This document shows, in pieces, positions 12,855 to 27,389 of a DNA stretch of 64,000 bases. The stretch is from positions 25,978,001 through 26,042,000 of the forward strand of contig OZ024742.1 of NCBI GenBank assembly GCA_964016885.1, written 5' to 3'. The notes under the pieces are model-generated. The model was not told where the DNA came from. It ran no database searches and saw nothing but the letters and a program-made list of their open reading frames with translations. The number at the start of each line of letters is the position of its first letter. Positions within the stretch are counted from its first letter, which is position 1. The DNA comes from Eledone cirrhosa. Lineage: Eukaryota. The position numbers were made by a program, and so were the translations under genes.

Positions 12855-14975
12855 TTATGAAGGATAAGTATCTGAAAATGAGTTAAGTTTATATGAGCTG
12901 GAGAGCAAGTGTGATTTCATGTGTGGGCAACTGGTGAAAATGTCTGTTTTTGCGTTTAGGCAGTTTGTGGTGATTTCAGTTCTGTAAAATCCAATATTTT
13001 TCACTTATGCAGAGTGTGCATCTTCTTGTTCCTCTTGCATATTCTTTAGATTGGTTCAAAATTGACCAATCCAATTCATATTGGATACCTTGGTCTTTCA
13101 AATCCCATATTCTGCTAGCCAGAGCTGTTGTAAATCTTTGTTCTGGATGTCGAAAAGATGCGACATGTGAGTAATAACGCGTTTTGAATTTGTCTTGTGT
13201 CATACCCACATATCGTTCGCTGGTGGCTGGTAGGTTGTTGCTGGTGGTTGTCACTTTAGGCGCATATACAATGGCTTTGGTGTTACGTTTACCTTGTAAT
13301 GGGCATTCAATTTTGACTCTACAGGAACAATTTTGATGTTCTCTGGGTGTTTTCTTATTGATGATATACGATTTAATAGGGGGACCGCAGGAGTATCTAA
13401 TTTTGACACAGTTTCTATTGAAGATCTTATAGTATCTATGTGTTCTAGGGAAATGTTTATCTAAGAGCTCTAGAAATGTTTTGCCTACATTAGTTTTAAC
13501 TGCTAGAGAGTAGGGGGGTGTGAACCAGATTATTTTTCTTTTCTTATTATTATGTTTAAAGGAGTTAGTATTGTTGGGTATATACTTAATCGGTTCGCTA
13601 AATCCGCTATTTTGAAGGGCTTTATTATAGTAGGGAGATGCCTTATTGAAAATAGCTTCTGAGGAAGAGAGGGTGGAGATCCTACGGCTAATATTAGGGA
13701 TAAGGTTTTTAAAAACTATGGCAAGAGCCTTTATTTATATATTTTACATTTTCATTAGGTTTTTTGTGCGTTTATAAGAAGCAGTAGGCAGATCTAGGTT
13801 TATATCTAGAACATTAACATTGGAAAGGTTAGTTTCAATAGTAATTTTAAGATTAAAACTAGCGAAGGTTTTTATTAAGTCTTTCCTTAATCTATCTAAG
13901 TTATGGCCTATGGTGGGGTGGGAAAGTATTAGACGATCGTCGCGGTAAAGCCCAAAAATATCGTTAGGGAATTTCTCTTTAAGTGTCTGTAGAAGGAATA
14001 GGCCGACTAAATCACAAACATCGGCACTGTCAAAAGAACCCATTGAGACATCGAATGGGTCCTCTGGGTTAGATATTTTTACCCAAGTGCCATTACTAGT
14101 AAAAGGTAGAGTGTTTCTAGCATGCATGATGACATTCTCTTCAATATCAGAAATATTAATAAACTTCCTAGCGAAATTTAAGGCTTTCGCTAAAAGAGGG
14201 TGAGTAATAGACGGGTAGAAGTCTACAACGTCAAATTGGGTGAATCTAGAACTATTTTCATCTTTAATATTATTAAACCAATGTACTACGGAAGAGCTAT
14301 TTATCCATTGGAGTAATTCAGACTTACTTCTAATCTATGTGTTTATATTATTTAAACATTTTTTGCTAGCAAGGCCGATATCAGTCTTAGCAGCGTTGAT
14401 TAATCTACAACTAGGACGATTAATAAAATCAGGTTTGTGATCTTTGATGGTGGTATAGGCATTGCGATTACAAGTTTTTCTGTTCTATTATCTATTTTTA
14501 AAACACAAGCTAATTCTTTAGCTTCCTTATTTGTAATATTATACGTGTTTATATTAGCTATTTGGTATTTAGAGGTGATATTATCTATTAATAGTTGGTC
14601 ATGTAACTTATTATTAACTTCGTATAAGTTTTTAGTTTTGTCGGAGAAAATGAACTTATTTGTAGAGGATTTGAATATTGAAATATCATTAGATAGTTTA
14701 GATTGAAAAGGGTTAGAGTACTTACGAAATTTGATATTGTTGATTAAATTAACTAAGTCTAGTTCAAAAGCGGTCATATCTTTTACTCGTTGTGGGTATT
14801 TATGAGTTTTGATATCAAAATGTTCTGTAGAGTCCCTATTAAATTGTCAACCGAGAAACAAAGCTTTCCATCTCATTCATTTAACAACTTTCTCTACTTT
14901 GTCTATCAGCATTTTCGTGTAGGAAGGGTGTTGGGATATTCTTGATAGAGTAATCCAAAGGATATTTATACAAGT
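12855..14975 (-). pseudogene. Frameshifted PLE RT + GIY-YIG
   Basis: FDVSMGSFDSADVCDLVGLFLL, GLYRDD, YVGMT..FKTRYYSH, CTLC, CPH motifs across several frames. Confidence 0.92.
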
Positions 14976-15287
14976 TCAGTATTGGTTTAAAATCCTATTG
15001 ACTGAAGAGTGCTCGACTTTAAAAGGGCTGGAAGGTGCCAATCTCATAAAAGGCTGGTTTATAATTTGTATCTATGAGTGTGAGTGTGCATATGTGTGTA
15101 TACATTCTGTATATGTATACGAACGCCTCCGTATGTGTGCGTGCGTATGTATATATATGTGTGTGTATGTGTGTTTTTTTTATATCTATGTTTTTTACAT
15201 ACTTATTTATACGTGTGTGTGTATGTGGGTGAATGTATGTGTATATGCATGTATATATATGTATATGTATGTGTATGTATGGGTGTG

Positions 15288-15328
<41 letters not shown>

Positions 15329-16127
15329 GCGTACGTACGTGTGATTAGATATACATGTGGCGATATATATATATATATATATATATACGTGCCTCGTGTG
15401 TAGGTATGTACGCATGCATGCGCTTTTGTCTGTACGTATTTATATGTATATATATATTTTTATATATGCGTATGTGTGTACGTGTGTGCCTATGTTTGTT
15501 TACATATATCGAGAATTACACTTCTTTTTACTATTACACTCCCTTCCCTCTTTATCTTCCGCATATAAGCGATCGCGCGTGTGTGTATGTTTATACACGT
15601 GCCTTCATACTCGTATGTGTATATATTTAATACCCGTATCTTAATGTGTGTTAAAAATACTATCTTACAATTTCTTTTACAACTCATATTATATACGTAT
15701 TTGTGGTCATATATACACAAAAAAACTTGCCCTCATATACGTACTTACGCACACATTTTCACCATACACATGCATTTGTACATACACACATATGTACATT
15801 TGTGAGTGTATATACATACATATACACACACCCTAACTATATTTCCTTATTTTTTTATATATCTCTTGCATTACTTTTATTTATATATTGTTTTGCCCGT
15901 TAAACTCTTGCCTTTCTTCAGGAGATTTTTCAAATATTTCACTATGTTTTAAATTGCCTTGTCCGATGGCGAATGAGGACGTTTTTCGTATTCATCTTAT
16001 TCGGGAAACCTCTGGTAATGAGGTAATTATATTGTATTGTTAATTATACATTAAATTTAACTCTGGTACTTACATAGAGCACTCTTCACTCCTATGACTT
16101 TTTCAATTTACAACGAAAACTTCAATA

Positions 16128-16196
<69 letters not shown>

Positions 16197-16198
<2 letters not shown>

Positions 16199-19100
16199 TC
16201 ATCATCATCATCATCATCCGCATCGTTTGCATGTTCCACGCTTGCATGGGTTTAGACGGGAGTGTTCCCACTTGAGGCAAGAGTGGTTGTCATTGCTCGC
16301 ATAGGACTGTCTGGCGGGTTTTCTACAGCTGGATGCCCTTCCTAACACCAACCACATTTACAGTGTGGGGCTGGGAGGTTTTTACCGTGTTGCCTACACG
16401 GCCACATTACAGCGTGGACTGTGTGTTTTTTTGTCGTGACACCTACACGATCTCATTTGTTTCGGACTGGATGTTGTGGCACCAACATAACTTTACATTG
16501 AAAGGGGCGATGTGGATTGACGGGGGTGTATTTTGTTAGAGATGCTTACTGACTGTAGTAGGTTTTACTTTGTATTTAGGTAAGGCGGGTCTTCTCTATT
16601 ACTGAGTACCGCCAAAGGTCTCGGTCCAGTGACATTGTCTTGGAGAGGTGTAAGTGTGTGAGGTCGGAATTTATCAGCTCGTCCCAGGTTTTTCTGGGTC
16701 TGCCTACTCCGTGGCTACAGTCTATCTTTATTGCCCTGCACTTTGTTATACAGCTGTCGTCTTTCATGCGCATCACGTGACCATACCAACGTAGCCTTCT
16801 CTCGAGTAAACAACATCTGATCCCTCTTATTTCTAATTTTTTCCTTAGTTCCTTTGCCGTTCACGTATATTACTATTACACATCCAGCGGAGCATGCAAG
16901 CTTCGTTCCTCTCTAGTCTGCATATATCCCCTGCACACAATGCCCAGATCTCACTGCCATGCAACATTGCTGTTCGTATGCAGGCATCATACAACCTGCC
17001 TTTCATTTTTAGGGAGAACCCTTTAGCGGCTAATAGTGGTATAAGCTCTCTGAACTTTTTCCATTCAGTTCTGACTCTAGCTACTGTACTTTCAGAGAAC
17101 CCTCCCCCACTGCTGATTTCGTCACCCAGGTAACGGAAGCTGTCCACTATTTCTATAGAACCCTCTGCGCAATTGAGAGAGCTAGTATTTGTGGGCACTT
17201 GCTGCTACTTATTGCACCAGAGCACCGGCCACATGTAAAATCTATGTTCTTAGTTAGCTTACCTGTGATCCCACTACATCTTTTATGCACCCATACTTTG
17301 CATTTGGGACATAAAATGGAGATTCTACCTACGCCTTTCCTACACACTGAGCATGGCCATTTCCCGGAAGGGACCGGCGCCTTATATTCTTTCCTACAAA
17401 CTAGAACTTTAGTCTTAGCCAGGTTAATTTTAATGCCTTTTGATTCTAAGCCGTGCTTCCATGTTTGGAATTTCTTCTCTAGCTCGGCCATTGATTCAGC
17501 TATGAGGGTTAGATCATCTGCGTATAGGAGTTCCCATGGGGAGCCGATCTGAAACTCCTCTGTTATAGCCTGAAGGGCAATAATAAATAGTAGGGGGCTA
17601 AGAACAGAGCCCTGATGGACACCAACTTTTACGCTAAACTCTTCACTATATTCGTTGTTAATTCTATCCTTGCTGACTGTTTCTTTATACATGGCTTGTA
17701 TAGCTCTCACACACCATTCGTCAACACCTAGTTTTCTAAGAGCCCACCAGATAATGGAAAGGAGGACTCTGTCGAAGGCTTTCTCCAAGTCGACAAAAGC
17801 TAAGTATAGGGGTTTACTTTTAGCTAGGTATTTCTCCTGTAGTTGTCGTACAATGAAAAGAGCGTCTGTGGTACTTTTGCCTGACACAAACCCGAACTGC
17901 ATTTCATCTAGATCAATTCTCTCTATGATTAGTTGCGCTATTGCTTTTTCCGTGACCTTCATGACCTGGTCGATTAATTTAATGCCTCTATAGATACTCC
18001 TATCTAGGGCGTCTCCTTTACCCTTGTAACAGTTAACGATGATGCTGCTACGCCAGTCCTTCGGAACAACCCCATTCTGTATGACTTGGTTTACTATCCG
18101 GGTGACCATGGTGTGTCCCACCGTTCCAGAGGTTTTCAGCATCTCAGCAACTATTTCCGAAGGCCCAGCCGCCTTACCCGTCTTCATATCTTTGATTGCA
18201 ATACTTATTATACTACCTTCGACTAACACTGCTGGTCCCTCTATTGGGTCGATATGGGGGAGACTGTCTTTCTCCCATTTATTCTCCCCATTTAGTAGCC
18301 TTTCGTATTGACACTTCCAAGCTACCTTCTTATCAGCGTCAGTGATGGCAAGAACGCCATCATCGTTAAGTACACACTTCTTCCCGACAATATCAGGGTT
18401 TTCCTTGACACATTGCCTAGCAACCCTGAACACCTCACGTTTTTGGTCCTCGCGTTGTAGAACATGCTTGAACTTTCTTTCCTCTGCTTCCCTTCTTGCG
18501 AAGTACACTTGTCTCGTAGCTTCCCTCCTGGCCACTTGATAGTCTTCTCTACTTCCCCCATCCCGCCATGCTTTCCAAGCATGCTGTTTGGCCTTGATTG
18601 ACCCCTCCACCTTACTGTTCCACCACCATGTTACTCTCCTCCTGCCTACAGGCTTGCTCCAGCCACAGACTTCGTCTGCCACCATCAGCAGGTTTGCTTT
18701 CAGGAATACCCACTGTTCCTCTACATCGTACGACTCTAATTGCTCTTCCTTACTGTCGAAAGCATCAAGTAATATGCTTTAAAATTTATTTCTGGCTGTG
18801 GGTTCCTTTAGCTTCCATATTTTTCTCCTGAGGATAGTCCTCTTCTGCTGTCTAGTACGTCTCGTCCTGACTATGAGGTCGCTAATTATCAGTCTATGTT
18901 GGGAGATGCATTCTTCATGGGGGAGTGATGTAGTGTTTACAACAGACACTCAGTCACGTCTTCTGGTAAGGATATAATCTACCGGGCTGGTATGTTCCCC
19001 TGATCTGTAGGTGATCAAGTGATTGTCTCGTTTTTTGAAGTTAGTGTTACAGATATTTAGGTTATTTGCATCACAGAATTCCTGGATTCTAGAGCCTTCC

Positions 19101-19410
19101 TCGTTTCTAGTACCAAAACCATAGCCTCTGTGGATTCCGTCATAGCCGTCACAATGTTGCCCAACGTGGCTATTTAGGTCGCCAGCAATAATTATATAGT
19201 CACTGTCGATTATTTGGGAGGTAGTGAGCATCAGTGTCTCATAGAATCTGTCTTTTATAGCGCCAGGCAGTCCGGATTGGGACGCGTATGCAGATATTAC
19301 TGTCACAGTAGTTCTGTTTAGAACAAGTCTTATTTTAATTATTCTGTCATTCACTCTATTTACATCTATTATCTTATCCACCCATTTTTCTGCTAACATG
19401 ATTCCTACCT
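16197..19410 (-). mobile_element. RTE-clade LINE, 5'-truncated and disrupted (APE endonuclease + RT + PHD-like finger)
   Basis: GDLNSHVG and VDYIL (APE); FVDLEKAFD, GVHQGSVLSP and LLYADD (RT); CSVC..CPKC..HKRC..CGRC; (GAT)n 3' tail; (TA)n at both ends. Confidence 0.95.
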
Positions 19411-19609
19411 ATATATATATATATATATACAAGCAAATTATAAACGTATACATGTAAGTATGTTTTTGAAACGGTGCGCGAGTTTGAAATTAGAAATTAT
19501 TAGCTTTCACCGTATTTTAGACTAAAGAAATTTCTAGCCTGATAGTGGGGTTTATAACCGTCGGAGAAATGGAAAAAGATGAGTGTTGGTGTATATATAT
19601 ACACCCTAA

Positions 19610-19881
<272 letters not shown>

Positions 19882-20080
19882 CAGTTGAGAATATATAGTT
19901 TTCTTGTCTGTGTAAATATGTTGACTAGTCTCATTTGCATATGAAGATGCATAAGTTGACTCAACTTATAATAGAATAGAATTCTCGACTGTTTTCCAGT
20001 CCAGCAGTCGCAAGTGTGGGAGGGATCGTCCTGAGGGGGACCAGTTAAGTCATAAATTCATCGACTATTGTCCTCCTTGA

Positions 20081-20271
20081 AATAACAATGAAATATTTAT
20101 TTAATAATAATAACAGAAGAAACGAGATAGTCACGGTTGGGTGGCTTTTCATCGAAAGTTTACTTGAACAAATCTACACAAAGGCTAAACAACAACTAAA
20201 ACAATAACGGGAGGTGGGGGCCGGGTCTGTGGACGTTCTACGCATTGGGAATATCTGCCAGTGCTCTTATG

Positions 20272-20335
<64 letters not shown>

Positions 20336-20636
20336 AGAGAGAGCGAGGGTGTGAGTGAGAGAGAGAAAGGGAGAGAGGGAGAGAGAGAGAGAGAATTAGG
20401 ATTTAACTTCAGGAATAGCTGTATACATATATGTATAGAAATTTCGTATTTCTAAAGAAACACGGTATGTTTTCAGGTAAAATTTTAGAAAGCCGTGAAA
20501 ACATACCGCGTTTCTTTAGAAATACGAAATTTCTATACATATATGTATACAGCTATGCCTGAAGTTAAATCCTAATTCTCTCTCTCTCTCCCTCTCTCCC
20601 TTTCTCTCTCTCACTCAACCCCCCCCCTCTCTCTCT

Positions 20637-20678
<42 letters not shown>

Positions 20679-20871
20679 CATAAGAGCACTGGCAGATATT
20701 CCCAATGCGTAGAACGTCCACAGACCCGGCCCCCACCTCCCGTTATTGTTTTAGTTGTTGTTTAGCCTTTGTGTAGATTTGTTCAAGTAAACTTTCGATG
20801 AAAAGCCACCCAACCGTGACTATCTCGTTTCTTCTGTTATTGTTATTAAATAAATATTTCATTGTTATTCA
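20081..20871. repeat. About 790-bp near-perfect palindrome (inverted duplication)
   Basis: 20081-20475 is the reverse complement of 20496-20871, including the internal (TA)n and (GA)n runs. Confidence 0.95.
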
Positions 20872-20904
20872 TCCGTCAAAGAATTTCGGCGTAATAATGG
20901 TTTC

Positions 20905-21110
20905 CGATTTAGGCACAAGGCCAACACTTTTGCGGCAGGTAAAAATCGATTTACTTCACCTCAGTGCGTTACTGGTACTTTATTTTATCGACCACTAAAG
21001 GATGAAAGGCAAAGTTAACCTCTGGAGGATTGAATGCAGAACGTAAAGGGACGCAACTATATGCCGATAATCATGTTGTCCGATGCTCTACCGTTACTGC
21101 CAACCGCTAC
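20905..21110 (-). mobile_element. Meta-like tRNA-derived SINE
   Basis: 'actggtactttattttatcgacc...ggatgaaaggcaaagttaacctc'. Confidence 0.8.
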
Positions 21111-21179
21111 CCTGAATTTCTCTGTAATAGTGATGGCAATGCAGAGAAAGAGGAGAGGAAGAATAATTAATAGATGGAG

Positions 21180-21180
21180 T

Positions 21181-21219
<39 letters not shown>

Positions 21220-21669
21220 CGGTAGAGATGAAGACAATCACGATGTTTATATAATCATGTCGATGATGATGATAATGAAAACGTTGGTCATACTGATGAT
21301 GTTGATGTTGGTGATGTTGGCCTTGATGTTTAAGATGATGATTATGACAATCATGATGATGATGATGATGGTGATGTTCTTATTGTTTAAAACGATGATG
21401 ATAGTGGAGATGTCCTTTTTTGCTTAAGACGATGATGATGATAATGATGATCATACCGGTGATGGTATTGTTGATATTAAGATGATGATGATAACGATAA
21501 TGATGATGGTAGTGATGATGTTGTTCATATGGATGATTGTGATGACGCTGAAGAGTATGGTAAAGGAAAACATTCTGATGGTAACGATGATGGTGATGAT
21601 AATGGTGACGATTATGGTGATGATGATGGCGACAACGATGACGGCGACGTTCATGGTTAACGATGTTAG

Positions 21670-21716
<47 letters not shown>

Positions 21717-21790
21717 GTGACGATGATAGGGATGATGATGGCGACGATGATGGCGACGATGATGGCGACGATGATGGTGATGATGATGGC
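21180..21790. repeat. (GAT)n-derived low-complexity tract
   Basis: Visible trinucleotide repeats. Confidence 0.9.
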
Positions 21791-22280
21791 GAAAATATAG
21801 CACATTAGAATTCATATCTCTATAAATTAAAACACCTCAGAACATTTCTTGTTCTTAAGAAGCAATATTTTACTTTAGTTCCCATGGATGTTCCCTGCTT
21901 CTCTATAATAGAATTATTCTAATCACAGAATTATTTGAGATGTAACTCTGATAATTCCCATCGTTCGTTTTAAATCCTATTTCTTCGAGCTCTATTCTTC
22001 TATCTTATTCTTCTCTCATCTTCTCTGGCTATCACATTTCTTTCTTTCTTTGTTTTGCTTTCCCTTCTCGTGTGGTTATATTTGTTGCATAATTTATTTT
22101 ATATTATCATTAATATTATTATTATTGTTCGTGGTATCCTCTTCCCTCAAATTTGTTTCAATTTCTTGACGAGTCTCTTCCAGATATTTAGCGTCTCATC
22201 TCACATGTACACTCACCCCTATCACCACACGCCCTCACGCATTCTCCCTCTCTTTCTCTCTCACCCCACCCTTATTATTA

Positions 22281-22311
<31 letters not shown>

Positions 22312-22318
22312 TATTATA

Positions 22319-22366
<48 letters not shown>

Positions 22367-22647
22367 GGCGACCTACGTAGGAAATCGTATTATCGTGAGC
22401 TCCGCAAAGGTTTGTTGTTTTCAGTTGTTTAAAATTGCTATTTATGGAAAATTGTTATTGTTAACTGTTTATAAGTGCACATACATTGCTTTCTGAAAAA
22501 GACACTCACAAAGATTGGGGCATTGAGCCCAAACTTTAAACTTTTATAATTATCAAACAAAACATTTCTTTGAAAAAATCATGTACGACTCACAGTTACA
22601 CCAAGCAGCTGAGATCCTTCCTCACAAACTAACACCTCACACCAACA

Positions 22648-23293
22648 CGACGAAACCGTCCTGCACGCACTCGTCCAGTGTTTGAGCATTGCTGACTTGT
22701 GGGTTTATGTCGAACACCTGCTGTCGCGTGTAGGACGGATCCGGCTATCAGCTGAGTACATTGTGAGGATTGCCCCGCCCTCTTCCTTTAGCCGGGAAGG
22801 GCAGGCAGTTTTTATCTGTCTGGTGGCCATGGCGAAAGAGATAGTATGGTGGACACGTTTGAAAGGGCTGAAGACGAGCACTTACCTCTTCGGTGATGCT
22901 CTGATTAACTTTTTCAAATTTCATTTGAAAAGGAAAATCAGGGTAGAGAGGGAAGTGCTCTCTTCCCAGCATTTTGTTGAAAGATGGGTGAGAGAAGCAA
23001 GTATGGCCCGAGTGAATGGGCCTACTCTGAGTATGTGCCTGTAAATTAAAGGTGGAAAACTGGGAGAAGGCACTTTCCCTTGTGGTCAGGGTCACTGTGG
23101 CCTTTTAATGGGCTTTCTCCACAAATGTCCCTCGGAAGTCTCCCCCCTATTGGGGAATTTTTCATTGTTATTTTTTTGTTACATCCTCTGTTTTTGTTTT
23201 TTTACACGCAGAAATGCCCATTTGTACCGCCTGTATTGTCCTGTACTGTCCTTAATGTCTACTTTATGTAAACCCTTGTGGTTAATAAATAAA
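22648..23293 (+). mobile_element. Tx1/L1-like LINE 3' fragment
   Basis: ETVLHALVQC..IADLW.YVE.LLSRVG...AMAKEIVWWTRLKG, homologous to 32458-33129 and 44533-45258; ends at aataaa. Confidence 0.75.
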
Positions 23294-23364
23294 TCATTAT
23301 TATTATTTTTATTGTTTTTATTATTATTATTATTATCATTATTATTACCACCAACAAGAATATT

Positions 23365-23401
<37 letters not shown>

Positions 23402-25285
23402 ATACCATCATTAACATCATCTTCATCATCATCACTATCATCATTTACAATCATTTACCATAATTGGTATTGATTTTTTTATTCTGTGTTCTATTTGTAA
23501 AAGATGAAAATTTCTGTTCGACAAACAGGAATGCAATATGAAATATTCAATTCCGGCTTTTGTTGGGGCTGCAAGCATTTTCTATTCTGGTAACAGCTCA
23601 AGGGTCCCCAATACATTTTTATTCCGTTCGCCTTAAAGCAGCTACTGGAACCAATGGGTCTGTTTAAACAGAATTTCTTCCCCAAAAAAACAAATTCTCT
23701 AAACATTCACTATTTTTATTTAAGTTTCCTTTTATTTGTTTCATTGTGTATGCGTCTTTCTCTCGCTCTCTCCTCTTTCTGTCGCTCTCTTACTCCCTCT
23801 CGCTCTGTATATATAAATAAATATATATATATATATATATATATAATAAATCTGTATATGTGAGTTTGTGGCACCATATATACATATATATATATATGTG
23901 TGTGTGTGTGTGAATGTGCCTGTTTGTGAAACCATGCTAGTGTGTGCGTGAGAGATCTTGGGAATCCGGCTTTATATAATGTTTTGCCTAAATTTTAAAA
24001 AGTTTTTCTGTTATTTCCCAATATATTTTTTTTATGTTTTCATTGATGAAACACCAATTATAGTAAATTTTATTAATAAATCACCAAATTTAATTATTTA
24101 GTTCCGAGGATTTCGTAATTTTATTGATTTATTATTACTATTATTATTTTTGTTCTTATTTTGGTTTTTTGATAAAAATATAAAAGTTTAGGAATGCTAC
24201 TGGTCAAGAGTAAATTGAAAAGATCTTGAAAATATAACGTAAAATATCTTCTTGAAGGGTTTGGTGACTAACGTGTAGGAGGATGGCATTTTATGAGCGG
24301 TTTTAGAAATGCAAGCTCCCTTTCTATATTACCTCACTTTACAACGAAGTATCGTAAGTGTGTAATGTATGCTTGAATGAATAGGACTCTATTAGGTTAA
24401 AATCTAAAACAAAGAATTTTATGTTGGTGTACATTCGGACGAAGTAATAATTAAATGTTTTCCTCCTTACTGTTCTACCTATTTCTCTCTCTAGATCTCT
24501 CCATCTGACCATCCCCCCACTCTCTATCTATATATCTTCGCTTCTTCTCACCCTCACTGTCGTTCCTGTTTATTCATTCATTACCTTTTTCTATTCTTCT
24601 CTCATCTCCTCTCCTCTTTTCTCCTTGCATTTCTCTGTGTCTTCCTTCACCTATCCCACTCTCCCTCTTTTCTTTCCCTATCCCTCCAGTTTTGGGAGCC
24701 CTTAAAGAATCTAAAGGCACAACCTTTCACTGCTGACTGAGCAGTGACGAAAGCCAGTGTCAGAAACATGTGTTCTGTCACCACTGAAAAGAAACTGTTC
24801 AATTTTGTTTCCAATAGATATCCTGCGTTATTGTATATATAACCATGAGCTGACTCCCTCATGTTAGTTTAGACTTAAACCATTTCAAAATGGCGATAAC
24901 GGTTTTCACATTATTCGATAATGTGTCAATAAATGTAGTGATTGATGTTGATATGAATGGAGTGTGAAAAGGCGTTGAAACAGGATTCGTTTACTTGACA
25001 ACAGCCAAGACAACTGTGAAGGGTTGTGCGAGGAATAACTTGGTTAAAAACTAATCTGTAAACGTTAATGCAACTATATTACTTAGTTGGACGATCAATG
25101 AATACTTTTTATTTAGCCACTCACCTTTCTTTCATTTATCAATGAAAATAGCCAAAGCTTTGACAGTTGACGTCAGAAATCTCTATCATATTTTGCAAAT
25201 AATAACCAAGAATAGATTCATAGAAAACTGATTGCATCGCATTTATATATCGGTATATAAATAAATATTTATATATATATATGTT

Positions 25286-25351
<66 letters not shown>

Positions 25352-25355
25352 TGTG

Positions 25356-25401
<46 letters not shown>

Positions 25402-26254
25402 ATGCTGTGGTAGAATCCCAACATTGAACCGGGCTGATTCAGCTTGATTTCCAACAAGTATTTCCATGCAATTCCGGACTCGCTCTTGGGATTCAAGGCC
25501 TTCTCTCTATCCATATTACATGTCATCATGTATTGAGTACTATCTTGACACATTGTATTCCCGTTTCTTTATGTGATTGGATATGTTGATGTATAGGAGG
25601 TGATGCTCGTGTATCAGGACTTGGTTGATATGGAGTAGTCCTTGGTGCAGATTTGTCACATGACGTATGACCGAAATCTGACATGTTATGCCTCATACAG
25701 AATCAGAAGGTGGCACCTGCGATCCTTTTAATCGACCCAAGATAGGATGAGAGAATGCATGAACTTTTATTTACACTACTAACAAGGCTAGAATCATTAC
25801 AGTATAGTCGACTCTGCTAAATCGGATAATGGTATGAAAGCGGATGATAAAGACATATCTATGAAAACCACCAAGGCTCGTTTAGAAGACTTTGGTTCAG
25901 CTAAGAATATGTTGATAAAGTACTTGCATATGAAGTATAACAGTGTGATTAAAGCCCAAACAACTTAATTACAAAGTGAATTTCTAAACAAGAGACCCAT
26001 AGCAAAACCCATTGATTCAAGACTAGAAATATGTTGGAGATAAATTTTGACGGGTTAAGTAAAGGAATTGAACTGATATACTGAAAACTGAGAAATCAAA
26101 GACAAAGTTAAAACATTGCCAAATAGATATCAGAGCATAGCGGAGAGAAAATAAAATACTAGATAGAAAAGAATGGTGCACTCTACTGCTTCTGCCATGC
26201 CAGAGAACTAGCTATAATGTGTATTACTGGTACTTATTGTTTCCAAAATTAAGT

Positions 26255-26670
26255 GCAATGGATTTGCAGAATTGGTTGAGCGTCAGATAACATGATTTAC
26301 AACACAGAATAATGTCATTCACATTCTGAGATTAAATCCTGCCGAATTTAGCGTTTCGATTCATCCTTGGAATAGAAACCAGAAACGCACTGTGGGTGTT
26401 TAATCGATAGTACCTTCCCCAAAACTTGGGCCTAAACCAGAACCATCATTAGTGGCAGTTGATTGCTAGAATCGGTAGCGCATCGAATGCGATGCATTGC
26501 ATTATTCCTTTACGGTCTTCTACATTCTGATTTCAAATTCCGACATCGTCAAATTTAACCTTCATTCATTCGTGGTTGATAAACAAAAGCCTCTCTAAAG
26601 TGCTGTGATCGGAGAATTATTGACTTTCGAATTCCCCTAAAACTGTTGGCTTTGTACCTAATTTAGAACG
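26255..26670 (+). mobile_element. Two diverged Meta-like SINEs
   Basis: Degenerate A/B boxes and a 'cttcattcattcgtggttgataaa' core. Confidence 0.6.
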
Positions 26671-27389
26671 ACTTACTCTAAAAATTACACTGAACTAAAA
26701 AAAATAAACATTAGCTTGCTCACAACTAGGGAAAGATGGGATTTGAGCTGGAGAACGAACAGAAATTAAGGAATTATAAAACATCGTATCATTGTATGCA
26801 TCATCTCCTTCTGCTTTGTCAGCCGTTCTAATTCTCAATATGACAGCAAATAGTCTACACACAAGCACGTGTGTACACACGTGTATTCACATACTATAGA
26901 AAATGTCAGTCAACATCGCTGGTTGTTAATATTGATTTTGGCTGAATTTTCAAAATAATCCACTTCCGATTCTCTGCGGATTATTCTGAAGTGTTTGATT
27001 AAAAAGAGGATAACAGTTATTCGTCTACGCTAGGTCAGATCAGATATGTAGGATTGTTGCCTAATTTTGCACCAACATTATTTTTAGAAAATAAATATTT
27101 TTAAGAATTAAAACCTACATCAGATATGACATATATTCTATATTCATGGCTTAACTTTCAATTTCTATTGTTTATTTTTATCTAATTTATTTTTTTTTTT
27201 TTTAGTAATTTCCGAAATCTTTTATCATACATTCAGCTTTATCTTTTTTTCAATATATTTTATGTTGACGAAATTAAATTCTTTACTAACAAACTGATTC
27301 CTATTTTGAAAAGGTGTTATGTACTTGGTAGTTTATACTGGATCCTAAATATTGATTGTTTATAGACATGATAGTCACAGCTTAAGACA

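Larger units (their letters stand above)
9357..16130 (-). mobile_element. Near-full-length Hydra-clade-like PLE with about 1-kb inverted terminal arms, interrupted by a Helitron
   Basis: 9357-9889 plus 12065-12580 is the reverse complement of about 15060-16052; ORF remnants 12855-14975; HHR at 9383-9460 (-) and 15952-16028 (+). Confidence 0.85.

Noticed and set aside
21380-21808. Poly-Asp and poly-His ORFs
   Set aside because: (GAT)n low-complexity tract with no domain or splice evidence
24725-24765. CTGAGCA...GAAA motif next to a hairpin
   Set aside because: Core deviates and stems I and III cannot be formed
25400-26170. Possible coding or decayed LINE sequence (also about 36080-36900)
   Set aside because: No recognisable motif by hand translation; a translated search would be needed
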